A stretch of DNA of 64,000 nt from a virus (lineage: Duplodnaviria > Caudoviricetes), in IMG/VR virus record IMGVR_UViG_2747842453_000003, positions 32,001 to 96,000 of that record; one strand, 5' to 3'. Below are positions 20,162 to 30,250 of the stretch, piece after piece. The position numbers and the translations under genes were made by a program. Each line of letters opens with the position of its first letter. The first letter of the stretch is position 1. A model generated the notes under the pieces. That model ran no database searches and was not told the DNA's origin. It saw nothing but the letters and a program-made list of their open reading frames with translations.

Positions 20162-20202
20162 AAAAAAAGCGCCCATTGGACGCTTTTTAGTTTTTATAGA
20201 AC
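20162..20202 (-). terminator. intrinsic terminator, duplicate of 16765-16805
   Basis: Same stem and flank GTTCTATAAAAACTAAAAAGCGTCC. Confidence 0.85.
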
Positions 20203-20221
20203 ATTATTTTAAATAATGGTC

Positions 20222-22306
20222 TTAGGTACCTATGTCATATGATATAATTTCACTAGTTCCTGATGAATACACGATTAGTGTTCTACCATCAGTTGATATT
20301 GTTATTTTACGTAAAGGATCATCAATTCCCGGAGCCATGAAATTCGTTAAAACAGGTGCGGGATTGAAGTCGATACCGCCTCCACCGGGATTTGCATCCC
20401 ACGGCGATAAATCCCACGGACCTGGATTGGTTTTTCTTTTAAAATTCGTTCCAGACCAATTTCTAAACTCATACATTCCATCTGCAGACATACCATTAGC
20501 AGTGTTAGTGCCTTCATTTCGCTCCCAACCAGTATAATATGCAGTTGACATTTCCCATGGTGTTGCTAATTTATATTTCCTCATATGCCGAACACTGCCT
20601 CCCTTTAGAAACATTATTTTACCATCATATGATATATTAAAATTGCATTCATCACCTCCAAATATATCTGAATATAAATACTGTCCCTCTGTACGTGAGA
20701 AAGATGAGATATCATATGGAGTTACTAGATTATATTGTACTATTGAATTAGTATCCCTATCAAATGAATAAAATTTGGTTCCATCAGTTGATATTGAAAT
20801 ATCATGATGCTCTATGCCACTCCATGCAGGACCACCGTTGGGCGGTGTTGCATTTAAATCTTGATATCTAACGTGTGACATTGTACTAATATCCCATGCA
20901 GTGGTCAAAGCAAGCTGTCTTACAGTTTTAATATCCCTCGCACTTGAACCAGATGTATAATAGCAATGCATTCCATCCGCCGAAAACGTAAGTCCGTATA
21001 CATCATTTGCACTAAAGACAGTCTTGCCAGGTAAATTCGCTCTTGATGCCCAAACACTGGAAAATTTAGTTTCATCCATATAACTTGCAGGTGCACCCAT
21101 ATCGTCTTCAACCAATAATCCTTGCGAAGTCAAATTATGTGCAAACGTACCCGAAACATCATATTGGAATATTGTTTGACCGCCAATATACAACTTTTTC
21201 CCATCAGGAGAGAAGTTTATACTGGAAATACCAGCGCCATTTCTTTCGCCAGTGTTTTGATCTAGATGTGGATCATATGCTGGGTTTCCTGGGGTCAAGG
21301 GCGCTAGATCAATTAATTCAGATGGTGTCTCAGTTGCAGTGCTAAGATCCCAAGCAGATGTCATTGTCCATTTTGCAATTATTGGGCCACTCGGTGCACT
21401 TAGTGCAGACACATATATATGTAATCCATCATTCGTTACGAAAATTTCCCAGTAATGTGGGCCACCTGTGACTCTGAGATAATCATACTCAGCATCAAGT
21501 TGCGCGGAGTCCTTCGTTGCTACACTGTTTCCAGTTGGAGACATTGTAGTTACGTCTCCTGGAGTTGACATAGAATATTCTCTAATCTGGTGGTTGTATC
21601 TACCTATTAAAAACATTTTCGTTTCATCTTGTGATACCGCCATAGATGTCCAGCGAAAATCTTTATTGGCTGTATCAGCTATAGTCCATGTATTAAATGT
21701 ACCTGTAGCGGTTAATGATGCAGTTGTGATATCATACGGAGTTGATAATTCATGTGTTTCTACAGTTTCAACTGTTATGAGATATAATCTTGTACCATCA
21801 CTGTTAATATGCAAATCAATCATTTTAGTAGGAGTTGCTCCACCCCATTGGGTACTAGTTGCTACAAGCTGTGTAGTTGAAATATCCCATGCGGTACCAA
21901 CATCAAATTGATCCACTCTTGCTTCTGGAAACTGGTGATTCATTCCAAAACCTTCGTGGGTTAAAGTATATAATTTAGTTCCATCATTTGACCAACAACT
22001 ATGTTTCGAGTATGGATAACTCAAATCTCGGAGACTTTTGAATTCATGTACGATATTACTAGGAACAATTGGTACCCATTCAAATGGCGCAGCAGATTGG
22101 CCAAGTAAATTTCCATCAACATCAGTTAGATCGGTTAAATCAACTGGCACATCACTTAATTTTGCCATTGGAATACCACCTGCAGTAGTACCATCATGTA
22201 ATATTATTGTATTGTTTGTTGTATCAAATGTTACTTCTGCCATTTCGCCTGTAAAGGCCTCATGTTCAGTATCAGTTCCTTGACGTAGTTTTACTGACTT
22301 TGCCAT
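20222..22306 (-). CDS. tail fibre-like virion protein (Mtd_N-like N-terminus plus beta-propeller repeats)
   Basis: Same N-terminus as 16819-20115; repeated DGTKLY...(A/P)WDIST blades. Confidence 0.8.
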   Translation of the reverse strand: MAKSVKLRQGTDTEHEAFTGEMAEVTFDTTNNTIILHDGTTAGGIPMAKLSDVPVDLTDLTDVDGNLLGQSAAPFEWVPIVPSNIVHEFKSLRDLSYPYSKHSCWSNDGTKLYTLTHEGFGMNHQFPEARVDQFDVGTAWDISTTQLVATSTQWGGATPTKMIDLHINSDGTRLYLITVETVETHELSTPYDITTASLTATGTFNTWTIADTANKDFRWTSMAVSQDETKMFLIGRYNHQIREYSMSTPGDVTTMSPTGNSVATKDSAQLDAEYDYLRVTGGPHYWEIFVTNDGLHIYVSALSAPSGPIIAKWTMTSAWDLSTATETPSELIDLAPLTPGNPAYDPHLDQNTGERNGAGISSINFSPDGKKLYIGGQTIFQYDVSGTFAHNLTSQGLLVEDDMGAPASYMDETKFSSVWASRANLPGKTVFSANDVYGLTFSADGMHCYYTSGSSARDIKTVRQLALTTAWDISTMSHVRYQDLNATPPNGGPAWSGIEHHDISISTDGTKFYSFDRDTNSIVQYNLVTPYDISSFSRTEGQYLYSDIFGGDECNFNISYDGKIMFLKGGSVRHMRKYKLATPWEMSTAYYTGWERNEGTNTANGMSADGMYEFRNWSGTNFKRKTNPGPWDLSPWDANPGGGGIDFNPAPVLTNFMAPGIDDPLRKITISTDGRTLIVYSSGTSEIISYDIGT
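22107..22294. repeat. 188-bp exact direct repeat, copy 2
   Basis: Identical to 19916-20103. Confidence 0.95.
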
Positions 22307-22354
22307 CTATTATTCTCCAAATAAAATATATGTAAATTGGTTATTTACATCTAT

Positions 22355-22603
22355 TTATCTATCACTTTCGGAAAAAAATAGCGCAAGTTTATCATATCCT
22401 CCGATATACTTGTTATTAAGCCATATTTGTGGCACAGTACGAGGAACTATATTTTCAAGTGCTGCTGCTTCCAATAACTCAGTTTTTTTATCAGGTTGGC
22501 TAGACATATTGTATTCAACATAACTAATGCCTTTTTGGTCTAATAGATTTTTTGCTGCTACACAAAACCCACACCCATCTTTACTATATATTACTGCATT
22601 CAT
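22355..22603 (-). CDS. glutaredoxin
   Basis: CGFC, RTVPQIW, YIGGY. Confidence 0.92.
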   Translation of the reverse strand: MNAVIYSKDGCGFCVAAKNLLDQKGISYVEYNMSSQPDKKTELLEAAALENIVPRTVPQIWLNNKYIGGYDKLALFFSESDR

Positions 22604-22623
22604 GTAATTCTCCTTTTATTTTA

Positions 22624-23703
22624 TTACCATCCAATACGTTCCCAAGGAACATCTTTGTTGCCAAAATGTCCATAAGTACAGTTCTCACTATAATTATTAA
22701 AGTTAAACAAATCGAACCTATCAATGATTCCTTTGGGAGTCATATCAATACTACTCTCAATAAACTTTTGAATTGAGCGATTATGTCCGTTTGAATCTAT
22801 ATAGATACTTGTGGGTTGTTTAACACCAATAGCATATGATAATTGTATTTGGCACCAATCAGCCATTTCATCTGCTACAACATTTTTAGCAAGCCAACGA
22901 GCCATATAGGCTGCAGAGCGGTCGACTTTAGTAGGATCCTTGCCACTAAAAGCACCGCCACCATGAGGAGCGAAACCGCCATAAGTGTCCACGATAATCT
23001 TTCTTCCTGTGACACCAGCATCACCGTCAGGACCACCGATAACAAAATTACCTGTAGGATTAAGATGCCATATAGTGTTGTCATCTACTAAATCTCCTAA
23101 TACACTCATTGTCGCAACTTTACTTATATTTCTTGCTTGCTCAATTTGACCTTCGTCATGCTGTGTACTTATCACAACTTGGTCAATACGCTTAACTTTG
23201 CCACCTTCATATTCGACACTTACTTGTGACTTTGCATCCGGTCCCAATATGTTCTGGCGTTGTAGTTTAAGTGTTTTAAGTATTTCATGACTGTAGTAAA
23301 TAGGTGCAGGCAAATATGCATCATTATTGTTACATGCATAACCAAACATAATACCCTGATCTCCTGCGCCGAAGTTATCAGTTCCCAATGCAATGTCTGC
23401 ACTTTGTGCATGAATTTCATTATAAATTTTTAATTTGTCCCAATGAAATCCATCCTGTTCATATCCAATTTCACGAACTTTATTTCTAACAATTTCTTTA
23501 ACTTGATCTTCAGTTACATTAAAGTTTTTTACTTCGCCTGCTAATGTTACCATGTTGGTAGTTACAAGTGTTTCAATGGCAACACGGGTTGTTTCATCGC
23601 CTGCTCTTAATCCTGCATCAACTAATGCATCTGATATTTGGTCTGCTACTTTATCAGGATGACCATCACTCACACTTTCACTCGTAAAAATATAGTTGTT
23701 CAT
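22624..23703 (-). CDS. metK: S-adenosylmethionine synthetase
   Basis: FTSESVSDGHPDK, GAGDQG, GRKIIVDTYGG, GGGAFSGKDPTKVDRSAAY. Confidence 0.97.
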   Translation of the reverse strand: MNNYIFTSESVSDGHPDKVADQISDALVDAGLRAGDETTRVAIETLVTTNMVTLAGEVKNFNVTEDQVKEIVRNKVREIGYEQDGFHWDKLKIYNEIHAQSADIALGTDNFGAGDQGIMFGYACNNNDAYLPAPIYYSHEILKTLKLQRQNILGPDAKSQVSVEYEGGKVKRIDQVVISTQHDEGQIEQARNISKVATMSVLGDLVDDNTIWHLNPTGNFVIGGPDGDAGVTGRKIIVDTYGGFAPHGGGAFSGKDPTKVDRSAAYMARWLAKNVVADEMADWCQIQLSYAIGVKQPTSIYIDSNGHNRSIQKFIESSIDMTPKGIIDRFDLFNFNNYSENCTYGHFGNKDVPWERIGW

Positions 23704-23835
23704 TTAGTTTCTCTTTTCTTTTATTTTATTTTATGAATATACATATATATTTTTACATAATATGCAAATGTTTTTGGATATGTTTCTGGATCGGGTAGTA
23801 GACCTTCGAAATATTCTATGAAATCTTTTATTTGT

Positions 23836-24252
23836 TCATCTGTCATTTTTTGCATTACATACAATTTTTCTTAATTCACTCGAACTAAATCTATGGTCTC
23901 GTTCATTAAAATATATTTCAATATCTCTTTTTTTGCAAATATCTCTACCAGTGAAATCTTTATCACGATATTCTACCCCTAGAATGCGAATATCAATATG
24001 CATTCCACTCAAAATGTCTTCCAAATCTTGTTCAGTAGCATATGGAATAATTTCATCCACATATTTACATGCCCGTAATTGTAGATATCTTTCTACTATA
24101 GTTTGTACCGGTTTATTTTTTGTGTCGCGGTCTATTGTTGGATCTATTTGTAGTCCCACAATTAAATGGTCACAATGTGATTTTGCCTCTTCTAACATAA
24201 GAGTATGACCTGCGTGTAGCAAGTCAAATGTGGATGCGGTGAAACCTATCAT
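23836..24252 (-). CDS. cytidylyltransferase (TagD/RfaE-like)
   Basis: FDLLHAGH, VDEII, FSSSELR. Confidence 0.88.
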   Translation of the reverse strand: MIGFTASTFDLLHAGHTLMLEEAKSHCDHLIVGLQIDPTIDRDTKNKPVQTIVERYLQLRACKYVDEIIPYATEQDLEDILSGMHIDIRILGVEYRDKDFTGRDICKKRDIEIYFNERDHRFSSSELRKIVCNAKNDR

Positions 24253-24503
24253 TAATTATAACCTCATTAAAAAATCTGCTGCATCAATTTCATTTCTGAA
24301 ATTAATAGTAGCAGTACTAATATATTTGTCTATATGACAAGAAAAGTCTCTCGATTCATACCGAGAGACTAATTCGTTTCTTAGAATCATATCACTTGTG
24401 CCATCGTAAATAACAACTACTGTATACGGTAGTTTTACATTTTTAATAGTTAGTGATTTTACCAGTTTTATTCTAGGCATATTGTTTCTAATCTAAGTTT
24501 ATC

Positions 24504-25619
24504 TTAATTGCTGTTAGCATATACTGTATTAAATTGATTATTAACTTTAACAAATGTAGTGCACTTTGTCAACTGTTTTATTTTTTCAGCACCGGCATAG
24601 GTGCACGTTGAACGAATACCGCCTAGAATGTTCTGAATTGTAGATAATACTTCTCCACGGAATGGTACTAGAACTTCACGTCCTTCACTGCTACGATAAT
24701 CTTTAAGTCCACCAAAATGCTTTGTATTTGCTGCATCACTACTCATACCATAAAATTGTACAAACTTTTTTTCTTTGTATACAGTTTCATAAAAATCATC
24801 ATCTGTTCTTGTTACTTCTGATGTTTCATACATTTTGGTGATAACATTACCACCACCTTCAATGTGTCCAGCAAGCATACCACCAAGCATTACAAAGTCA
24901 GCGCCAGCGGCAAAGGCTTTGGCTACATCGCCAGGACAAGTGCAGCCACCATCCGCAATGATATGGCCGCCAAGACCATGAGCAGCATCAGCGCACTCAA
25001 TAACAGCGGAAAGCTGAGGGTAACCAACACCAGTTTGGATCCGTGTTGTACAAACACTTCCAGGGCCGATGCCCACTTTAACAATATCTGCGCCATTTAG
25101 TATCAACTCCTGTGTTTGATCTGCGGTAACAACATTACCGGCAATGATTACTAATTGAGGAAATTCTGTGCGCACTTTGTAAATGTGTTCAACGAAATGT
25201 TCACTATATCCATTTGCAATATCCATACATACGTATTTTAATCCATCACCAACGTCATGGATCACTTCAACTAATTTTTTAAAATCATCATCGCTTGTGC
25301 CAATACTCATAGCAACATTTTCTGTACGCTCTTCTCTATTGCTATTAAAATGATCAAAATATTCTATAAGTTGTTCTGCCGAGTATGTTTTTACAAGACA
25401 TGTAAAAATATTCTGACTGGCTAAAGTATCTGCCATTTCAAATGTACCAACCCCATCCATATTGGCTGCCATAATAGGTAACCCACTATACTCAATGGTG
25501 CTATTTCTAAATGTAAACTGTCTATTCAAGTCTACATCTTTACGAGATCCTAATGTACTGCGTTTAGGACGAATTAGGACATCACTATAATCTAGTAATA
25601 CTTCATTCTCAATGCGCAT
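24504..25619 (-). CDS. guaC: GMP reductase
   Basis: [55 protein letters not shown]. Confidence 0.95.
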   Translation of the reverse strand: MRIENEVLLDYSDVLIRPKRSTLGSRKDVDLNRQFTFRNSTIEYSGLPIMAANMDGVGTFEMADTLASQNIFTCLVKTYSAEQLIEYFDHFNSNREERTENVAMSIGTSDDDFKKLVEVIHDVGDGLKYVCMDIANGYSEHFVEHIYKVRTEFPQLVIIAGNVVTADQTQELILNGADIVKVGIGPGSVCTTRIQTGVGYPQLSAVIECADAAHGLGGHIIADGGCTCPGDVAKAFAAGADFVMLGGMLAGHIEGGGNVITKMYETSEVTRTDDDFYETVYKEKKFVQFYGMSSDAANTKHFGGLKDYRSSEGREVLVPFRGEVLSTIQNILGGIRSTCTYAGAEKIKQLTKCTTFVKVNNQFNTVYANSN

Positions 25620-26224
25620 TAAACAATTGCCTCTACGTCTTGGACTTGACCATGTTCATCACACTCAACAACAGTAACATTACAATGAATTTCAAACTGA
25701 TTATCAAGGAATTCCCAACCTAGTTCTTCAACACCTTCTTCATATTCTTCATTGTATGCTTCTTCGATTTCTTCCATCATCTCGTCAACGTCTGATAGTA
25801 CTGGTCCATTTGTTTTGATATTCCAATCTTCCCAGCAACCATCCCAGCAGTCTAACATTTCTGCATTTGGATGGTCTTCTGTTAAATCAATCCATTCATC
25901 ATTGGTTGATGGAAGTAGAACGTCTGCCATAGAAAAGTTTTCTTGTAAAATAACTTTATCATCTACACAAATGGTGCAACCATGTGCATCAGCAAATTCG
26001 AATACACTATCATATCCTTCTTCTTCGATATATTCATCGATTTCTTCTTGTGTATCTGGAACGGAAATCATAAACGATCCCCATCGCCATCCTAACTCTT
26101 TATGAAGAAACGCAAACTTACCTTTATCTTCATCATTATTAGTTAATTCTTCAAGAGGTCTACGGAAGTATGTAAACTCTACTACTGATTTTTTATATGT
26201 TGGTTCAATTCGAAAATATTTCAT
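25619..26224 (-). CDS. acidic hypothetical protein
   Basis: 201 aa. Confidence 0.75.
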   Translation of the reverse strand: MKYFRIEPTYKKSVVEFTYFRRPLEELTNNDEDKGKFAFLHKELGWRWGSFMISVPDTQEEIDEYIEEEGYDSVFEFADAHGCTICVDDKVILQENFSMADVLLPSTNDEWIDLTEDHPNAEMLDCWDGCWEDWNIKTNGPVLSDVDEMMEEIEEAYNEEYEEGVEELGWEFLDNQFEIHCNVTVVECDEHGQVQDVEAIV

Positions 26225-26252
26225 TATACACCTATTTTATTATAAAAGCCTT

Positions 26253-26290
26253 CCCAGGCGAAGTCTAACCGGTTAGGATCTCCGCCTGGG
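26253..26290 (-). other. GC-rich intergenic stem-loop
   Basis: CCCAGGCGGAG...CTTCGCCTGGG enclosing the palindrome CTAACCGGTTAG. Confidence 0.6.
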
Positions 26291-26303
26291 GTCATGAGAT
26301 TTA

Positions 26304-26579
26304 TTATTGAGAGTTTGATCCCATGATTTCTTTAAACTCAGTGATGATTTCACTATCTACAAGTTCAGAACGATATAGCGCATATCGTTTTGTATTACCG
26401 TTATATACGCCGATTTCGGTTACATCACCTCGATCATTTGTAGACATCATTCCGTAAAGTTTATTACGGCCTTTCAAATTTTTAACTAACCGCGTTGCTT
26501 CTTCCATAGTGGGAGACATTCTACGATTGTAACGTTTACTCTTGGAACTATTTCCTTGAGTGGTAGGTTGATTTGTCAT
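26304..26579 (-). CDS. hypothetical protein
   Basis: 91 aa, GAGG SD. Confidence 0.7.
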   Translation of the reverse strand: MTNQPTTQGNSSKSKRYNRRMSPTMEEATRLVKNLKGRNKLYGMMSTNDRGDVTEIGVYNGNTKRYALYRSELVDSEIITEFKEIMGSNSQ

Positions 26580-26662
26580 TTATACATTCCTCTTATGACA
26601 AGTTTCATTTAAGTTTAACAATATAATTATTGCATATATTGTAGGTTAAGTCAAGAACTTTT

Positions 26663-27292
26663 TTAGTTCCAACGATAAAAAATATGTGATCCAATACGTC
26701 CAATCAAATCCATACCACGATCACTTCGCCATGCAGGGTTAACATAGGTAGCGTGATAATGTGTGGCACCTTCTGTGATACCACGAAAACGTTCATCGTG
26801 AATCATTTCCCAAGCAACCATTTGTGCACGAACCCAGTTCTCGGAACCTTCTGGTACTTTATCTGATTTACCATCACAATACCAAGAGAATTGGCATCTA
26901 TTTCGACGCATATTACCATTACTATCTTTTTGCCCATCGTAGACCACTTCACATACCGTATTAGGATAATGAGAATGTAACACACGATTCAAAACCACAT
27001 CAGCAACCGCTGCCATGCCAGCATGATTATCTATGCCACTTTCAAAGAAAATATTCTGTGCCATACAAAACTCTTGCTTATATTTTTCAGGAGAATATAG
27101 AAAAAATTCCTTATCTTTACGTGATTTATAATTGGATAATGCAGCCAATACTACAGTGTTTTCTATTGTTTGTTCAATAGTTTGTGTAATAGGAGTTTCG
27201 TTTTTTACACTTGCCTGTGGGGTTGTTACACTTACAAGTGTTGCTATAATTGCTGCGTTGACTGAGTATGCTATTACATTTTTCAGTTTCAT
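26663..27292 (-). CDS. SleB-like cell wall hydrolase (Hydrolase_2)
   Basis: CMAQNIFFES, AVADVVLNRV, YPNTVCEVV, CQFSWYCDG, GATHYHA, IGSHIFY. Confidence 0.92.
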   Translation of the reverse strand: MKLKNVIAYSVNAAIIATLVSVTTPQASVKNETPITQTIEQTIENTVVLAALSNYKSRKDKEFFLYSPEKYKQEFCMAQNIFFESGIDNHAGMAAVADVVLNRVLHSHYPNTVCEVVYDGQKDSNGNMRRNRCQFSWYCDGKSDKVPEGSENWVRAQMVAWEMIHDERFRGITEGATHYHATYVNPAWRSDRGMDLIGRIGSHIFYRWN

Positions 27293-27326
27293 TTTATACC
27301 TGCTCGGTTGTTTCTGCTATATAAGT

Positions 27327-27355
27327 TTTATACAGTGATTCGTTTTAAATGTCAA
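27327..27355 (-). promoter_or_regulatory. sigma70 promoter, CGAATCAC class (copy 4)
   Basis: TTGACA TTTAAAACGAATCACTG TATAAA. Confidence 0.85.
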
Positions 27356-27642
27356 CCATTATTATACCATTCTGCCTTATATTCTTCAACAATAGAAATT
27401 TCAACAATACTATCACACCGAAAACTGCGCCAACCTGCTGCATCTGTATCCCAAACTACTTGTATATTTTTATTTGGTTCACGATTTCTATTAACTTCAC
27501 TATTAGTTGCAGCTGGTGTTGGTATAATATCTGTTCTCAACGTGCAATTCATGGTTCTTTTGTCTCCATTGACTTTTATGAAATCAACTGTCAATACATT
27601 CTGTTCTAGACGTTGTTGAATATTTGTAACATCTACACTCAT
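27352..27642 (-). CDS. WYL_2 / SH3-like phage protein
   Basis: VDFIKVNGDKRTMNCTL...VWDTDAAGWRSFR. Confidence 0.75.
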   Translation of the reverse strand: MSVDVTNIQQRLEQNVLTVDFIKVNGDKRTMNCTLRTDIIPTPAATNSEVNRNREPNKNIQVVWDTDAAGWRSFRCDSIVEISIVEEYKAEWYNNG

Positions 27643-28115
27643 GACATATCCTTTGCGTATATTTCTAAAACTTCATATTCAATAACATCATCGCCGCGAA
27701 TTAACTCGGCAACATCACCAACACAAAGACCTAAAAGTTCACGACCAAGTGGTGATTTAAAACTAATGCTACCTTCGCTTGGATTACTTTCACTTTCGCC
27801 AAGTATCGTATATGTTACGATTTTATCAACAAAAAAGTTTTCTAATTTTACTGTTAATCCTGGTGCAACTTTATCATAGTTTCCTGGAGATGGAATTACA
27901 AGAAGTGTACTATTCTGAACAATTGTTTGTAATCTGCTGATTTCGATTTCAACACGATTCATTTCATCAAGTGACATATGTAATTCTTCGTTTTCTTCTA
28001 TCCCGCCATTTTCTCTTGCCGCTGCGATCTGTTCTGCTATCAACGGACGTTTTTTATTTAAAATAGAAATCTTTTTTTCTAGATCAGTCAGACCCAATTT
28101 TGTTATTAAATCCAT
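27639..28115 (-). CDS. greA: GreA/GreB-family factor with a divergent coiled-coil tip
   Basis: KRPLIAEQIAAARENGGIEENEELH; YTILGESES...ISFKSPLGRELLG; start reassigned to ATG 28115. Confidence 0.85.
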   Translation of the reverse strand: MDLITKLGLTDLEKKISILNKKRPLIAEQIAAARENGGIEENEELHMSLDEMNRVEIEISRLQTIVQNSTLLVIPSPGNYDKVAPGLTVKLENFFVDKIVTYTILGESESNPSEGSISFKSPLGRELLGLCVGDVAELIRGDDVIEYEVLEIYAKDMS

Positions 28116-28189
28116 ATTTGTATTATATTCCTGATCGTTTTTATTATCGGTATATTTATCATTGTCGTTGATTTTAAATGCAGTTGAAA

Positions 28190-28633
28190 TCATTGTGTAC
28201 TATCTTTCGTTTTATTTAATTCTTTTCTAATTTTTACAAACCAACGGTAAAATTCATTTTCTTTGCCATCACTTGTTTCCCAAGCAGACGATATATGTTC
28301 AATAACTGCGGAATGATATAGCATTGTTAAAATAACCATATCATCTGAGATTTTATTTTCTGCGGGATTAAGTCCAACTGTACGTAAATCTTTAATTACA
28401 AATCGTGACATAGACTCCATTGGCGAAGATGATGTAATATCATCTGATATGTATTCATCCCAGAAAAAATCAGGCCATAAAATATCGGTATTATTTTCAC
28501 TGCCTATGAAAATATCTCCGGCATCATCTTGTATAAGATCAGCGATATTTTGCCAAAAATCATCTTCTTTTTTTATTTTTTCATCACGAATTTTTTTAAT
28601 ATCACTAAAATTAATAATCTTAACATCAGACAT
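28190..28633 (-). CDS. hypothetical protein
   Basis: Start reassigned to MSDVK (AGGAG SD). Confidence 0.65.
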   Translation of the reverse strand: MSDVKIINFSDIKKIRDEKIKKEDDFWQNIADLIQDDAGDIFIGSENNTDILWPDFFWDEYISDDITSSSPMESMSRFVIKDLRTVGLNPAENKISDDMVILTMLYHSAVIEHISSAWETSDGKENEFYRWFVKIRKELNKTKDSTQ

Positions 28634-28978
28634 TATCGTTTCAACTCCTGTTTTACTCGGAATGAAGTATAGGTAGTATTCCATAGATTCATTATCAAGT
28701 ATATACCAGCCGCACCCATGAGTGACATAATAAGATTGCCGCTTAGGGCTAATTTTAAATTCACAATAATGAAATCTGCGGCAATAAATGCCAACGGATA
28801 ATCATACCATCTAATCATTTAAACTTCCTATCTATCCATTTCTTTCCAATATATAATATCGCAATTACAAAGACAATAACACCGAGTAAAATACTTTCTA
28901 ATATTATATCACCCTGGCTACTATCAATTTCAATACCATCTGTTGTTACGGCAATACGACAATCATCACATGTATTAT

Positions 28979-29371
28979 TCATCGGCGCATACTTGCAATA
29001 TCTTTTGCATCTTCTTTTTTATCGGCAAAAATGGGAACCATATTTGATTTATGCATTGTAGCAATACCGAGCAGTTGACGTTCACCGCTATATGTATGTG
29101 ATTCTTTTGCCGGTCCATGTGATGAAATTTTATTACTTAGGTTAACATTCGGCTTATTCTCTGTATAATCAGGAATATTATTTACATGCTTACGCTTGCC
29201 ATATTTGTCATATAGTTTGCCATCAAGTTGGTCTTGACTTACACCCATCTTACGCATAAACTTTTCATGTTCTGCTTCTGCCGCTATAAGTTTTTTTGAT
29301 TTTTTATTGGGTTTGCGCTTACGTGTGTTTGTAGTATTGTAAGCATGTCCCATTAAATGCATACCTGACAT
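28979..29371 (-). CDS. phage hypothetical protein
   Basis: GIATMHKSNMVPIF...IASMRR; GAGG SD; TTGACA promoter upstream. Confidence 0.8.
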   Translation of the reverse strand: MSGMHLMGHAYNTTNTRKRKPNKKSKKLIAAEAEHEKFMRKMGVSQDQLDGKLYDKYGKRKHVNNIPDYTENKPNVNLSNKISSHGPAKESHTYSGERQLLGIATMHKSNMVPIFADKKEDAKDIASMRR

Positions 29372-29444
29372 ATAATATACCTCTCATTTATATATGCCAT
29401 AAATATAGCATATATGATTTAGATTGTCAAGAATTAATTTGAAG

Positions 29445-29837
29445 TTACTTACAAAGTCCTGCAATCATTTGATAATGATTCCATGCTTGCTTTACTGATG
29501 GCAAGTTTTCTAGATCATCAACCGGAACTGCACAATCTAACCAAACATACGGAACTATTGGAAAACTATCGATTGATCCTGATGCACGTGGCATATGCAA
29601 CTTTCCCAAATCATCTAATGTTATAACTAATTTTCTAAATTCATTTGGTAATGTATCGTATAGACTACGTGATTCCTTGATACCATCTAAAAAAGAATGC
29701 CATGCACGATTCCATTCACTAGTCTTTCTGGGATCAAATCTATATATTCTAACCATAATAACTAATACTTCGTCTGGTGTAACACGACCCTCATATAAAT
29801 CAATCAGACATTGACTAAAATTCATCCCTATTTTCAT
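29445..29837 (-). CDS. hypothetical protein, paralog of 29834-30241
   Basis: Shared C-terminus VKxAWxHYQxxAGLCK. Confidence 0.75.
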   Translation of the reverse strand: MKIGMNFSQCLIDLYEGRVTPDEVLVIMVRIYRFDPRKTSEWNRAWHSFLDGIKESRSLYDTLPNEFRKLVITLDDLGKLHMPRASGSIDSFPIVPYVWLDCAVPVDDLENLPSVKQAWNHYQMIAGLCK

Positions 29838-30241
29838 TTACATAATCCTGCCAACAACTGATAATGATCCCACGCTAGTTTAACTGCAGGTTCCATATCT
29901 TTTTCTCTTAAATTTATCTGATACCAGTGATCGGATGATGCCATAGTCTGAATTTCTATCGCTCTACTAGGATTAATTTTATCTCTTGTAACAATAGTTC
30001 CGTTATCTTTTAACTCAATAATTAAATTATACACAGTATCATAATCGAACAAGTGCAATAAATTTTTACCTTGACTCCAATGTACTGTCATTGGATCTAA
30101 CTGATTATTCCACCAATTTTCTGCCATACTTGAGTTAGAGAAATTAATATTATAAGTTATAATTGAAAACACTTCGGAGATATCTACTTTTTCACAAAGT
30201 AAATCACTCACGCAAAATTCAAGATTTGTACCCAATATCAT
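29834..30241 (-). CDS. hypothetical protein, paralog of 29445-29837
   Basis: Shared N- and C-terminal motifs. Confidence 0.75.
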   Translation of the reverse strand: MILGTNLEFCVSDLLCEKVDISEVFSIITYNINFSNSSMAENWWNNQLDPMTVHWSQGKNLLHLFDYDTVYNLIIELKDNGTIVTRDKINPSRAIEIQTMASSDHWYQINLREKDMEPAVKLAWDHYQLLAGLCK

Positions 30242-30250
30242 TATGTAAGT

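Noticed and set aside
23704-23835. Possible SAM or SAM/SAH riboswitch upstream of metK
   Set aside because: No matching motif; the region is AT-rich and largely occupied by a short ORF.
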